NCBI GenBank assembly: GCA_002269645.1
Contig: NIVC01000064.1
Location: 124,001 to 188,000, forward strand
DNA from: Macrostomum lignano
Taxonomy: Eukaryota
Reading direction: 5' to 3'
Length of the DNA: 64,000 nucleotides
Part shown: positions 10,260-23,744 of the stretch, in pieces
Numbering within the stretch: the stretch's first letter is position 1
Layout of the letters: each line of letters opens with the position of its first letter
Made by a program: the position numbers and the translations under genes
The notes under the pieces: generated by a model
What the model was told of the DNA's origin: nothing
What the model saw: only the letters and a program-made list of their open reading frames with translations
The model's database searches: none

Positions 10260-13200
10260 ATGGCAGACAATACCGAAGACCTGACCTACCATGTGCACAG
10301 ACCAGTCCTAGACTATGGCACTTTTGCTACAAAATATCGAGAGACATTCCGTCGAAAGCGATCCCTGCTAGAGGTTGCTCGCGATGAAGCTAAACAGCAG
10401 TGCGGAGGCTGCACCGGTCGGCACTGGGTCAGCCGTCTGCTCAACTTGGTGCCGTTAGTGAATCTGCTTCGACTTAATCAGTATAGCAGAACCGACCTGC
10501 TCTCCGACGTTGTGGCGGGGTTCACTACCTGCGTGTTTCACATACCCCAAGGCCTGGCTTACGGACTGCTAGTCAGCCTCAAACCAATCAACGGTCTGTA
10601 CACGTCTCTGTTTCCCGTATTCATATTCGGCATATTCGGCCGATCGAGGCACCTGTCTATTGGTACATTCTCTCTGATGGCTCTATTATTGTCCGACATG
10701 ATCGAAGCGAACTACGAAGCTTATATACGTCGGATGCCGGGTAACTTTAGTGCACCGATGAACTACACTAGGGCTGAATATGCCAAGTTGCAAACTGCCG
10801 TGGTTGGCACTTTTGCCGCCTCTGCTATGATTCTGACGGTCGGGATTCTGCGCCTGGGATTCTTTATGCGCTACATGTCGGATGCCATGCTGAAGGGATT
10901 CACCGCCGCGGCGGCTGTTCAGGTTGTTGTCAGCCAACTGCCTCTGCTGCTCGGGATTCAGCCCGAGAGAAGCAACAGTCACTTCAGGATTGTAGCTGTG
11001 AGTTGCTATAGAAGTCCCAATTCCAATTATATAGATGTCCTAATACTAAAAATGAGTTGTCTGTGGGTAGGTAGGTAGGTATGCGATAGATTTCAGAAAA
11101 AATGGCTCAACCGATTTTCTTCAAACTTGCACCATTCGATCAGAAATTTTCCTGGGACGGTACATGCATCTTGGCTAAGAAATTGCTCAATATTAAAGGG
11201 ATTAAATATTCGAAAAACATGCTTTTTTGCAAAGGTCAAGCAGCTCTTTCGACTTGAAATGCATTGTAATAATGCTAGAGAAAAAACTGACTGACTGAAT
11301 TTCAATTCTGATAAAGATTGCATCACAAAAAGATGAAAACAGTGTCGAAAAAATGCACACAAGGCTTGATTGTAATTGCGTAACCATATTGCTAACTTAA
11401 ATTGAGACTGATACTGGCTGACTGAGAAATTGATTATGTCATAACTTTTTACTCCAATTGACTTGCTGTAAGAATTGAATTATAAGGACCACAATTCATG
11501 TTCTCCAATTGAAAAGAGATAGCCAAGATGCGAACAGACTAGAATGCTAATGTAGCGACCTGGGTTCGAATCTTAGTAGTGTAAAAAGAAAAAGATTTTT
11601 TTTATCAAAACACCTTAAAAAACACAAAACTGCTAAACATAATAGAAGCGCAATGTCAAACATAGAAGAGCCACCATGTCAAACATAAAAGAGCCACCAT
11701 GCCAAACATAAAAGAAGCACTATGTCAAACATATATGTGACTCCACGTCAAACATTTAAGAGCCACCATGTCAAAACATTTAAGAGCCAACATGTCAAAA
11801 CATTTAAGAGCCACCATGTCAAACATTTAAGAGCCACCATGTCAAACATATATGTGACTTTATGTCAAATTTTAAAGAGCCACCATTTCGAACATTAAAT
11901 AGCCACTTTGTCAAACATTAGAGAGCCGCCGTGTCAAACATAAAAGAGCCACCATGTCAGACATTAAAAAGCCACCGTATTAAACATAAAAGAGTTACCA
12001 TGTAGAACAAAAAACAGCCACCATGTCAAACATGAAAGAGTCACCATGTAGAATATTAAAGAGCCACCATGAAGTACATTAAAGAGCCACCATGTCAAAC
12101 ATTTAAGAGCCACCATGTCAAACATATATGTGACTTTATGTCAAACTTTAAAGAGCCACCATTTCGAACATTAAATAGCCACTTTGTCAAACATTAGAGA
12201 GCCGCCGTGTCAAACATAAAAGAGCCACCAGGTTAACCATTAAAGAGCCACCATGTCAAACAATAAAGAGCCACCATGTCAAACATAAAAGAGCCACCAT
12301 TTCGAACATTAAAGAGCCACCATTTCAAACAGTAAAGAGCCACCATGTCAAACATTAAAAAGCCACTTTGTCTAACATTAAAAGAGCCACCATGTCAAAC
12401 ATTTAAGAGCCACCATTTCAAACAGTAAAGAGCCATCATGTCAAACATTAAAGAGCCACTTTGTTTAACATAAAAGAGCCACCATGTCAAACATTAAAGA
12501 GCCACCATGTCAAACATAAAAGAGGCACCATGTCAAACCTAAAAGAGCCACCATGTCAAACATAAAAAAGACACCATTTCGAACATTAAAGAGCCACCAT
12601 TTCAAACAGTAAAGAGCCACCATGTCAAACATAAAAGAGCCACCATGTCAAACATTAAAAAGCCACTTTGTCTAACATTAAAGAGCCACCATGTCAAACA
12701 TTTAAGAGCCACCATGTCAAACATAAAAGAGCCATCATGTCAAACATTAAAGAGCCACTTTGTTTAACATTAAAGAGCCACCATGTCAAACATTTAAGAG
12801 GCACCATTTCGAACATTAAAGAGCCACCATTTCGAACATAAAAGAGCCACTTTGTTTAACATTAAAAAGCCACCATGTCAAACATTAAAGAGCCACCATG
12901 TCAAACATAAAAGAGGCACCATGTCAAACCTAAAAGAGCCACCATGTCAAACATAAAAGAGCCACCATTTCGAACATTAAAGAGCCACCATTTCAAACAG
13001 TAAAGAGCCACCATGTCAAACATAAAAGAGCCACCATGTCAAACATTAAAAAGCCACTTTGTTTAACATTAAAGAGCCACCATGTCAAACATAAAAGAGC
13101 CACCATTTCGAACATTAAAGAGCCACCATTTCGAACATAAAAGAGCCACCATGTCAAACATTTAAGAGCCACCATGTCAAACATAAAAGAGCCATCATGT

Positions 13201-16200
13201 CAAACTTTAAAGAGCCACTTTGTTTAACATTAAAGAGCCACCATGTCAAACATTAAAGAGCCACCATTTCGAACATTAAAGAGCCACCATTTCGAACATA
13301 AAAGAGCCACCATGTCAAGTATAAAAGAGCCACCATGTCAAACAATAAAAAGCCACTTTTTCTAACATTAAAGAGCCACCATGTCAAACATGGCACTTTG
13401 TCTAACATTAAAGAGCCACCATTTCAAACATTTAAGAGCCACCATGTCAAACCTAAAAGAGCCACCATGTCAAACATAAAAGAGCCACCATTTCGAACAT
13501 TAAAGAGCCACCATTTCGAACAGTAAAGAGCCACCATGTCAAACATTTAAGAGCCACCATGTCAAACATATATGTGACTTTATGTCAAACTTTAAAGAGC
13601 CACCATTTCGAACATTAAATAGCCACTTTGTCAAACATTAGAGAGCCGCCGTGTCAAACATAAAAGAGCCACCAGGTTAACCATTAAAGAGCCACCATGT
13701 CAAACAATAAAGAGCCACCATGTCAAACATAAAAGAGCCACCATTTCGAACATTAAAGAGCCACCATTTCAAACAGTAAAGAGCCACCATGTCAAACAAA
13801 AAAGAGCCACCATGTCAAACATTAAAAAGCCACTTTGTCTAACATTAAAAGAGCCACCATGTCAAACATTTAAGAGCCACCATTTCAAACAGTAAAGAGC
13901 CATCATGTCAAACATTAAAGAGCCACTTTGTTTAACATAAAAGAGCCACCATGTCAAACATTAAAGAGCCACCATGTCAAACATAAAAGAGGCACCATGT
14001 CAAACCTAAAAGAGCCACCATGTCAAACATAAAAAAGACACCATTTCGAACATTAAAGAGCCACCATTTCAAACAGTAAAGAGCCACCATGTCAAACATA
14101 AAAGAGCCACCATGTCAAACATTAAAAAGCCACTTTGTCTAACATTAAAGAGCCACCATGTCAAACATTTAAGAGCCACCATGTCAAACATAAAAGAGCC
14201 ATCATGTCAAACATTAAAGAGCCACTTTGTTTAACATTAAAGAGCCACCATGTCAAACATTTAAGAGGCACCATTTCGAACATTAAAGAGCCACCATTTC
14301 GAACATAAAAGAGCCACTTTGTTTAACATTAAAAAGCCACCATGTCAAACATTAAAGAGCCACCATGTCAAACATAAAAGAGGCACCATGTCAAACCTAA
14401 AAGAGCCACCATGTCAAACATAAAAGAGCCACCATTTCGAACATTAAAGAGCCACCATTTCAAACAGTAAAGAGCCACCATGTCAAACATAAAAGAGCCA
14501 CCATGTCAAACATTAAAAAGCCACTTTGTTTAACATTAAAGAGCCACCATGTCAAACATAAAAGAGCCACCATTTCGAACATTAAAGAGCCACCATTTCG
14601 AACATAAAAGAGCCACCATGTCAAACATTTAAGAGCCACCATGTCAAACATAAAAGAGCCATCATGTCAAACATTAAAGAGCCACTTTGTTTAACATTAA
14701 AGAGCCACCATGTCAAACATTAAAGAGCCACCATTTCGAACATTAAAGAGCCACCATTTCGAACATAAAAGAGCCACCATGTCAAGTATAAAAGAGCCAC
14801 CATGTCAAACAATAAAAAGCCACTTTTTCTAACATTAAAGAGCCACCATGTCAAACATGGCACTTTGTCTAACATTAAAGAGCCACCATTTCAAACATTT
14901 AAGAGCCACCATGTCAAACCTAAAAGAGCCACCATGTCAAACATAAAAGAGCCACCATTTCGAACATTAAAGAGCCACCATTTCGAACAGTAAAGAGCCA
15001 CCATGTCAAACATTTAAGAGCCACCATGTCAAACATATATGTGACTTTATGTCAAACTTTAAAGAGCCACCATTTCGAACATTAAATAGCCACTTTGTCA
15101 AACATTAGAGAGCCGCCGTGTCAAACATAAAAGAGCCACCAGGTTAACCATTAAAGAGCCACCATGTCAAACAATAAAGAGCCACCATGTCAAACATAAA
15201 AGAGCCACCATTTCGAACATTAAAGAGCCACCATTTCAAACAGTAAAGAGCCACCATGTCAAACAAAAAAGAGCCACCATGTCAAACATTAAAAAGCCAC
15301 TTTGTCTAACATTAAAAGAGCCACCATGTCAAACATTTAAGAGCCACCATTTCAAACAGTAAAGAGCCATCATGTCAAACATTAAAGAGCCACTTTGTTT
15401 AACATAAAAGAGCCACCATGTCAAACATTAAAGAGCCACCATGTCAAACATAAAAGAGGCACCATGTCAAACCTAAAAGAGCCACCATGTCAAACATAAA
15501 AAAGACACCATTTCGAACATTAAAGAGCCACCATTTCAAACAGTAAAGAGCCACCATGTCAAACATAAAAGAGCCACCATGTCAAACATTAAAAAGCCAC
15601 TTTGTCTAACATTAAAGAGCCACCATGTCAAACATTTAAGAGCCACCATGTCAAACATAAAAGAGCCATCATGTCAAACATTAAAGAGCCACTTTGTTTA
15701 ACATTAAAGAGCCACCATGTCAAACATTTAAGAGGCACCATTTCGAACATTAAAGAGCCACCATTTCGAACATAAAAGAGCCACTTTGTTTAACATTAAA
15801 AAGCCACCATGTCAAACATTAAAGAGCCACCATGTCAAACATAAAAGAGGCACCATGTCAAACCTAAAAGAGCCACCATGTCAAACATAAAAGAGCCACC
15901 ATTTCGAACATTAAAGAGCCACCATTTCAAACAGTAAAGAGCCACCATGTCAAACATAAAAGAGCCACCATGTCAAACATTAAAAAGCCACTTTGTTTAA
16001 CATTAAAGAGCCACCATGTCAAACATAAAAGAGCCACCATTTCGAACATTAAAGAGCCACCATTTCGAACATAAAAGAGCCACCATGTCAAACATTTAAG
16101 AGCCACCATGTCAAACATAAAAGAGCCATCATGTCAAACATTAAAGAGCCACTTTGTTTAACATTAAAGAGCCACCATGTCAAACATTAAAGAGCCACCA

Positions 16201-19200
16201 TTTCGAACATTAAAGAGCCACCATTTCGAACATAAAAGAGCCACCATGTCAAGTATAAAAGAGCCACCATGTCAAACAATAAAAAGCCACTTTTTCTAAC
16301 ATTAAAGAGCCACCATGTCAAACATGGCACTTTGTCTAACATTAAAGAGCCACCATTTCAAACATTTAAGAGCCACCATGTCAAACCTAAAAGAGCCACC
16401 ATGTCAAACATAAAAGAGCCACCATTTCGAACATTAAAGAGCCACCATTTCGAACAGTAAAGAGCCACCATGTCAAACAATAAAAAGCCACTTTGTCTAA
16501 CATTAAAGAGCCACCATGTCAAACATAGAAGAGCCACCATGTCAGACATTGAAAAGCCACCGTATCAAACATAAAAAGAGCCACCATGTCAACATAAAAG
16601 AGCCACCATGTCAACATAAACGAGCCACCATGTCAAACATTAAAGAGCCACCATGTCAAACATAAAAGATACACAATTTCAAACGTAAAAGCAAGCGAAT
16701 TTTAAAGGAGCCACTATAATGCTAAGGAAATTGTCGCACTAGCTACTTATTGTCTGGTGGATGCTTGCTATTTGGGGATGCTATCTATCTGGGGGATGCT
16801 TGCTCTCTGGAAGATGCTTGCTATCTGGGGGATGCTTGCTATCTGGGGGAAGCTTGCTATCTTGGGGATGCTTGCTATCTGGGGGATCTTTGCTATCTGG
16901 GGGGTGCTTGCTATCTGGGGGGTGCTTGCTACCTTGGGGATGCTTGCTATCTGGGGATGCTTGCTATTTGGGGGATGCTATCTATCTGGGGGATGCTTAC
17001 TATCTGGGAGATGCTTGCTATCTGGGGGATGCTTGCTATCTGGGAGATGCTTGCTATCTGGGGGATGCTTGCTATCTGGGGGATGCTTGCGGTCTGGGAG
17101 ATGCTTGCTATCTGGGGGATGCTTGCTATCTGGGAGATGCTTGCTATCTGGGGGATGCTTGCTATCTGGGAGATGCTTGCTATCTGGGGGATGCTTGCTA
17201 TCTGGGAGATGCTTGCTATCTGGGGGATGCTTGCTATCTGGGGGATGCTTGCAATCTGGGGGATGCTTGCTATCTGGGGGATGCTTGCTATCTGGGGGAT
17301 GCTTGCTGTCTTGGGATGATTTCTTTTTGCATTGCACTTCATTTAAGTATTTTGTCTGTTTTCTTTGTGAATGCTTTATTTGGCTATATTTTTGTTACTT
17401 GTAGAGCAGAGATTCTATACAGATGTCCCCCAACGGGGGGCGAAGATTGCTAGTAGATGTCCTATTTCTGATGCTATAGATGTCCGATTTCGATGCTATA
17501 GATGTCCGATTCCTGATGCTATAGATGTCCGGTTCGTGGTGCTATAGATGTCCGATTCTTGATGCTATAGATGTCCGGTTCGTGATGCTATAGATGTCCG
17601 ATTCCTGATGCTATGGATGTCCGGTTTCTGATGCTATAGATGTCCGATTCCTGATGCTATAGATGTCCCGTTCGTGATGATATAGATGTTTGATTTGACT
17701 CTATGGATGTCGGAGTTCTGATGCTATAGATGTCCAATTGGTAACAATTAGCATAATGCGCTCATTTCCAATCCACCCACAGAGCTTAATCAATCAGTTC
17801 AAAGTGATCAAGTCCACCAACTTCGTCACTCTGGGCATATCGATCGGCTCCATTATCATTCTCTACCTCGTGAAAGAGTTCGTTAATCCGCGAGTTAAAA
17901 AGAAGATTAGAGTGCCTCTACCAATTGAACTCATAATGATTGTTATCAGTCTGCTAGTCTCAAATTTTGCCAAATTTAACGAACAACTCCAAGTGGCCAT
18001 TGTTGGCGAGGTGCCACGCGGTCTGCCATCTCCGCTGGTGCCGGATTTTGGCTTCCTGCCAGCGATGCTCCCAGCGGCCATCCCGGTTGGGCTGGTTGGC
18101 GGCGTGGTCACAATGTCGCTGGCCAAGATGTACTGCCTGGAGTTTCAGTACAGCTACGATTTCAATGAGGATTTCGCCATACTGGGAGTCAGCAGTCTGG
18201 TGTCCAGCTTCTTCCAGTGCTTCTTCGCCTGCGGAGCTCTGGCTAGGAACTCTGTGGTGGTGTCGGTGAGCCTGCGGCGGCCCAGCAACTGGGGATCTGG
18301 GAGGCTGACCCAGCAGCAGGGGATCTGGGAGGCTGGTCCAGCAGCTGGGGAGCTGGGAGGCTAGCCCAGCAACCGGAGATCTGGGAGGCTGGCCCAGCAG
18401 CTGGGGATCTGGCAGGCTGGCCCAGCAGCTGGGGATCTGGGAGGCTGGCCCAGCAGCTGGGGATCTGGCAGGCTGGCCCAGCAGCTGGGGATCTGGGAGG
18501 ATGGCTCAGCAGCTGGGGATCTGGGAGGCTGGCCCAGCAACTGATGATCTGGGAGGCTGGTAGCCCAGCAACTGAGGATATGAGAGGCTGGTGGCGGCGT
18601 AACTTTAGTAAATAATGTATACCTGGCAGTAGGCACAGCGTTTTGCAAACCTATTCATATTTTAATAAAATCGCTTGAAAATGAACAAAATGGTTGTGTT
18701 TTTGTCAAACCACCCGCCCAGGTAGGCATGAAGAGCCAGATCGCCAGCCTCATCAGCTGCTCAGGCATGCTGTTAGTGCTGCTAGTAATTGGGCCATTCT
18801 TCGAGACCATCCCTACCTGCGTGCTGGGCTCCATCATAGTCGTGTCGCTTATCAACGTCATGTCGCCGCTGAAAGAATTGCCGCGTATTTTTCGAGTTTC
18901 CCGCGTTGATTTCGCCGTTTTCGTTGTCTCCGGCCTGGCAGTCCTTGTCCTGGACGTGACACTTGGTTTAGTGATCGGTTTTGCTGTCACTTTGTTCTCT
19001 GTTGTGCTCAGGACTCAGCTGCCTTCGACGGCTGTGCTGGGTCGAGTCGAGGACACGGACTTGTACGAGGATTTGCAGGTCTGCCCATCGGCAAAGGCGT
19101 TGCCAGGGCTGGCCATCCTGCGATTCAATGCGCCGCTGAATTTCGCCAACGCCGAGGCGTTCGGCGACTTTGTGATTCGACTGGGACGCGATGGCCAGAC

Positions 19201-20382
19201 GATGGGCCAACCAGCTGAAGGTGCAGCGCCGCCTGAGGAGCCGGTGCACACCGTCGTACTGGACTGCTCGCCGTGGGGCTACGTCGACATGGTGGGGGTG
19301 CGCACTCTACGGGAGGTGAGCCAGTGACATCCCTGTCAGTTACATCCCAGTCAGTGACATCCCTGTCAGTGACATCCCTGTCAGTGACATCCCTGTCAGT
19401 GACATCCCTGTCAGTGACATCCCTGTCAGTGACATCCCTGTCAGTGACATCCCTGTCAGTGACATCCCTGTCAGTGACATCCCTGTCAGTGACATCCCTG
19501 TCAGTGACATCCCTATCAGTTACATCCCTGTCAGTGACATCCTAGTCAGTGAAATGAGATTCCCATGGATTTCCAAAGTGATTCCCATGGATTTCCAAAG
19601 TGATTCCCATGGATTTCCAAAGTGATTCCCATGGATTTCCAAAGAGATTCCAATGGATTTCCCAAGAGATTCCAAGGGATTGCCAAAGAGATTCCAATAG
19701 ATTTCCAAAGAGATTCCCATGGATTTCCAAAGAGATTCCCATGGATTTCTAAAGAGATTCCCATGGATTTCCAAAGAGATTCCCATGGATTTCTAAAGAG
19801 ATTCCAATGGATTTCCAAAGAGATTCCAATGGATTTCCAAAGAGATTCCCATGGATTTCTAAAGAGATTCCCATGGATTTCCAAAGAGATTCCCATGGAT
19901 TTCCAAAGAGATTCCCATGGATTTCCAAAGAGATTCCCATGGATTTCTAAAGCGATTCCAATGGATTTCTAAAGAGATTCCCATGGATTTCTAAAGAGAT
20001 CTCATGAGCTTTTAAATCGCCTATCAAGAACATCTTCACGATGGCTATGAACTTCCCCAAGCAGTGAGCAATGAAAGCTTCTAAAAGAGCAACTTTTCCA
20101 CTGCATCAGGTACATCGTCAGCTGACAGATCGTGGCCAGCGACTCCTGCTGGCAGGCTGCCAAGATCCGGTCAGAGCCAGCTTTGCTAAACAGGGTCTCA
20201 CACTGGAGGTGAATCCGGGACCATCTTCAGCCTGTTTTGTCAGCCTTTACGACGCGGCACTGTTTGCCATGGCAACTGCATCGCAGCCACAGGGTGCACC
20301 GTTATTCAGCAATTTTGTTGTAGTTGAGGATGACGTGGAAGGCTTAATCGTGAACGATGCTGGAGTATCTGAAGACTCTTGA
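10260..20382 (+). CDS. SLC26 anion transporter paralog B with STAS, ~695 aa; exons 10260-10997, 17783-18265, 18722-19315, 20110-20382
   Basis: GT-AG junctions, all phase 0, join contiguous SLC26 motifs and STAS motifs (LRFNAPLNFANA, VLDCSPWGYVDMVG). AATAAA near 20462. Confidence 0.9.
11655..16670. repeat. 23-bp satellite (GAGCCACCATGTCAAACATTAAA) with a 1444/1467-bp higher-order repeat
   Basis: Marker CATATATGTGAC recurs at 12123, 13567 and 15034; identical spurious ORFs recur at 1467-bp spacing. Confidence 0.97.
16750..17312. repeat. 18-bp minisatellite GGGGGATGCTTGCTATCT
   Basis: About 30 tandem copies. Confidence 0.95.
17454..17735. repeat. ~23-bp minisatellite GATGCTATAGATGTCCGATTCCT
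   Basis: About 12 copies; degenerate copies also at 11005-11040. Confidence 0.9.
18280..18590. repeat. 28-29-bp intronic minisatellite CCCAGCAGCTGGGGATCTGGGAGGCTGG
   Basis: Starts ~14 nt after the donor of paralog B intron 2; same family as 38270-38728. Confidence 0.92.
19322..19550. repeat. 15-bp minisatellite CAGTGACATCCCTGT
   Basis: About 15 copies starting 6 nt after the intron 3 donor. Confidence 0.95.
19555..20000. repeat. 22-bp minisatellite GAGATTCCCATGGATTTCCAAA
   Basis: About 20 copies in paralog B intron 3. Confidence 0.95.
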
Positions 20383-20924
20383 TTCGCGTGTGAAACCTTT
20401 GCTAATTTATGTTGTTCGATCTCTATTTGCTGATTTCCTAGACTGCTGAGTACCAATTTAAATAAAGTGTTCTGATCTATAAGCGTATTTTATGCGAAAT
20501 CACAAGATACTGTTATAAAAAGGTTTGGATCCTAACACAGAGCTTCAAACCATCTTTCTAAGAAATCTTTAAATTTTTCAATTTTGGACAAAATTATACA
20601 TCGCTTGTACATGTACTCGTAGCTACTCAAAAGCATATGTAACAAAAATCATTTCTAAGAAACCAACATTTTAATAAAACCAAGGCGCAGTAACTCGCTT
20701 CTTCAAAAAGCAACATAATGCGCAGTAAAACGTTTCGAAGACAACTGGATCTTAAAAACATTGCCAAATAATTTAGAGGTCATTTTAATCGTTTCTAAAA
20801 AAGAGCTTGATCGTTGTTTCTTAGAAATCTGGAACTTCAAAGTCATCGTTTCTAGGAAAGCTGGAGCTTGTAAATTCAGTTTTAAAAAATCTAGGTCTTT
20901 TATTAATATTTCTAAGAAAACCAG

Positions 20925-21150
20925 TGCTCATTAATCGTTTCTAACAAAACCAGTGCTCATTAATCGTTTCTAACAAAAGCAGTGCTCATTAATCGTTTCT
21001 AAGAAAACCAGTGCTCATTAATCGTTTCTAAGAAAACCAGTGCTCATATATTAATCGTTTCTAAAAAAACCAGTGCTCATTAACAGTTTCAAAGAAAAGC
21101 TGTGCTCATTAATCGTTTCTAACAAAACCAGTGCGCATTAATTTCTTAGA
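20925..21150. repeat. ~29-bp repeat TTAATCGTTTCTAAGAAAACCAGTGCTCA
   Basis: About 7 degenerate copies. Confidence 0.8.
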
Positions 21151-21276
21151 AAACCTGTGTTTAATAATAATTTCTCAGAAAACTGGAGCTCAATAGTTGG
21201 TGTCTAGAAATCTGAAGATTCAAAATAATTTCTAAGAAATCTAGATTATGTATTTTGTAATTTGAGAAAAGGTTAG

Positions 21277-23112
21277 TGATGTAACCACGCTCTGGTCGCG
21301 GGATAGGGCAGGGGAACTTTTTCGAAAGTGCCTCCTATTGCCGTGCACCCCCTGCACAGAGCTGTTGAGACTCGAGACTCTTCCCCTCGATTACTCATCC
21401 CCCCTCTCTTGCGCAACCCTTTCTCACGCTATTGTTCTCCTTCCCAAATTTCTCATGCGACACCCACCCCACCTCCGCTTCTATTGTTCTCGTTTTTGAT
21501 TCTTTGGTTCTCTTTACCCCCACCAATTATCACATTTTCTCCGATTTTCTCTTTCTATTGTTCTCATTTTCGCACCTAATTATCACCTTTTCTCCAATGT
21601 TTGCTTTTCTATTGTTCTCGATTCTCCCCAATTATCCCCGATTTCCAATTCCTTTGTTCTCGACCCCAGCCCCATTGTTCTCATGTTTGCTTGCGCAACA
21701 CTTTCTCGACCTCCCGCTGCGCCAATTATCCCCCACCCCACCTCCGGATTGCGCAATTCTCCCATTTCTCATGTTGCTATGCCGTTCTCATGCTTCTCAT
21801 CATGAGAAGCCAATCAGAGAGAGGGATCGTCATGGAAACGACTTTGGAGCGGCGGCCGGGAAGGCTATATAAGGAAGCGGTTTTCGGCATGAGAATCCTC
21901 AGACGCGTTCCTTCTCGTCCTACTGTGGACTTGCTGTCAGACCTTGATCTGACCTATTCGCCTATAGGACGAACCTCTGCCGGTCCGCGGTCTGATACCG
22001 CCCAGTTACCTTAGCTCCCCAAGTGAGCTCGCCTATCGGACAGCGGTCTGATACCGCCCAGCATCATCAGCATCGCCTGATCTACATCAGCGCCTCGTCG
22101 CTTCAGCGCATCGCCGCTTCACTGTCTGCCTGACTGCAGCCTACAGCCGTCCTCAGTCACTCCGCCGCTCGCTCTCTCTCTGTGCAGCTGCCAGTAAGTT
22201 CCTGTTACTAATTTGTGCTCTAATCGCCTTTGCTTATCCGGGGTTTGCCTATTTTCCATTGCTAGATTAGAGAGCTGAGCCAATTGTGATACCGTATCTT
22301 TTGCTGTATTTTACTCAATAGTGAAGCTGCCTAATTGCCTGATTATTTGCCTAAGGGCCTAATTATTAACTATTAACTAACCTCATCATTATTCACTCTT
22401 CCACCATCATTTCACTCATGGCTTGCTAAGCCTTTCTCCCGGGGTGGCAAAGCATAAGGAAGTTTGGGTAAGCTAATGGCGTCTCCCCGTGCAAAGCCCA
22501 GTAGAGGCAGTAGAGGGGATTAGCGAGTCTTGGCACAGAATGGCAGTAGGAAGGTTGCAACCCCATGCTGACGCGTCCCTTCGCCCTGAGAAATCTAAAC
22601 TATAGACAGCACATGTTCGTCTCATACTACTCTTAGTAATCAAAGTCGCAAGTCAGCCTCGCTCACAGTCACAAAGGATCCCCTGCTGAGAAATCCTCCA
22701 GATTGAGCCCAGAGTTCCCGATCATGCCCCAAGCAGAGTCCCTGTACTCGGCTGCATGTGTCTCCCCTGTTAGCCTAAATCCCCTGGTAACCAATCCAGG
22801 CGGGGCTCTAGCCTCGAGAGGTCTGGTAGTAAGATCTAGGTGCGCCAGGTCACATAGAGTGGTGGCAGCCACTCGGTCATACCATGACCGAGTGACCAAC
22901 TATTGCACCTTGGCTACAGGCGGGGTCCATGTGGGTACTTGGCCCTCTGGTCACAAAGCGCTACCAAAGCTATCAATCATGTGGACGGGACAGTCTGGTG
23001 CTGGAGGTCCGTCAGGTCATTGCCCGGTCATAGGCAGCCTACGGTCATTTCCCCCTCTGGTCATGCGTTCGTCTCTCAACGGAGCGGACAGGCGACAAGG
23101 GCGGTTACATCA
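21277..23112 (+). mobile_element. Solo LTR (Ty3/gypsy-like), 1836 bp
   Basis: Ends TGATGTAACC...GGTTACATCA form a perfect 10-bp inverted repeat. 4-bp TSD TTAG at 21273-21276 and 23113-23116. Internal CCAAT at 21810-21814 and TATATAA at 21866-21872. Confidence 0.82.
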
Positions 23113-23744
23113 TTAGTCTGAAATTAACATCCCTTAGGCTAATTTTAAGTATTCTAAAGTAATTTAAGAATTGATTTTTGGTCACCCTTTGTTGCGATTA
23201 TTCACAAAACTTCTTAGTCATTTCATTTCAAACTTCAGAAAGTTCACAAATAATGGCTAATTTAACACTATAATTATTTGTAGATATGCGCAAAGAATTT
23301 ATATCTAAAAAATTTGACAGCACAATGCAGTTGCGAGAGGTCAATTTAAGGTCAAGTTTCGACCGCCTTTCAACTCTCTCCTCTCCTAATGCAGTTTCAT
23401 TCATTAAAACAAATTTTAGCTATAGGGTTGCACAGCAGTGTTGTATATAGCATCAATGCTTCAAGAGCCAAATGAGCAATGCATTATTATTTTTCGAGAT
23501 TTTTGTACCCCATCAACCTCTCTTTCTGCGAGTAGCAGGTGTTTTGTTTATTCGCTCCGCCGGAGCATTCTAGCTAGATTGAGCCTTATGATGCCACTAA
23601 TGAGAAATGCTCTGCTGCAACCGTTAGTGTCTTCCAAAGCAGACTCCCGAGTCTTAGAGCCGGTTATGTTTACTCTTGCCACTAACAGCTCACACACCTG
23701 AAGCAGCACTCTCAAAGAAGTTGCCTCGCTAACAACAGCTCACC

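Larger units (their letters stand above)
11041..17453 (+). mobile_element. Non-autonomous Helitron/HINE-like element in paralog B intron 1, carrying satellites
   Basis: The 5' part has CTAATACTAAAAATGAG, (GGTA)n and GGCTCAACCGATTTTCTTCAAACTT. The 3' end has hairpin CCCCC-AAC-GGGGG, then CGAAGATTG-CTAG followed by T. The same 23-bp host minisatellite lies on both sides. Confidence 0.55.

Noticed and set aside
12993-17453. Repetitive ORFs (MFDMVAL.., GDACYL.., LAIWGM..)
   Set aside because: Translations of intronic satellites, open in multiple frames, with no splice support.
19270-19300. STAS motif DMVG lacking the SpoIIAA-type Ser
   Set aside because: Animal SLC26 STAS domains already vary here (for example DVVG), so it is not distinctive.
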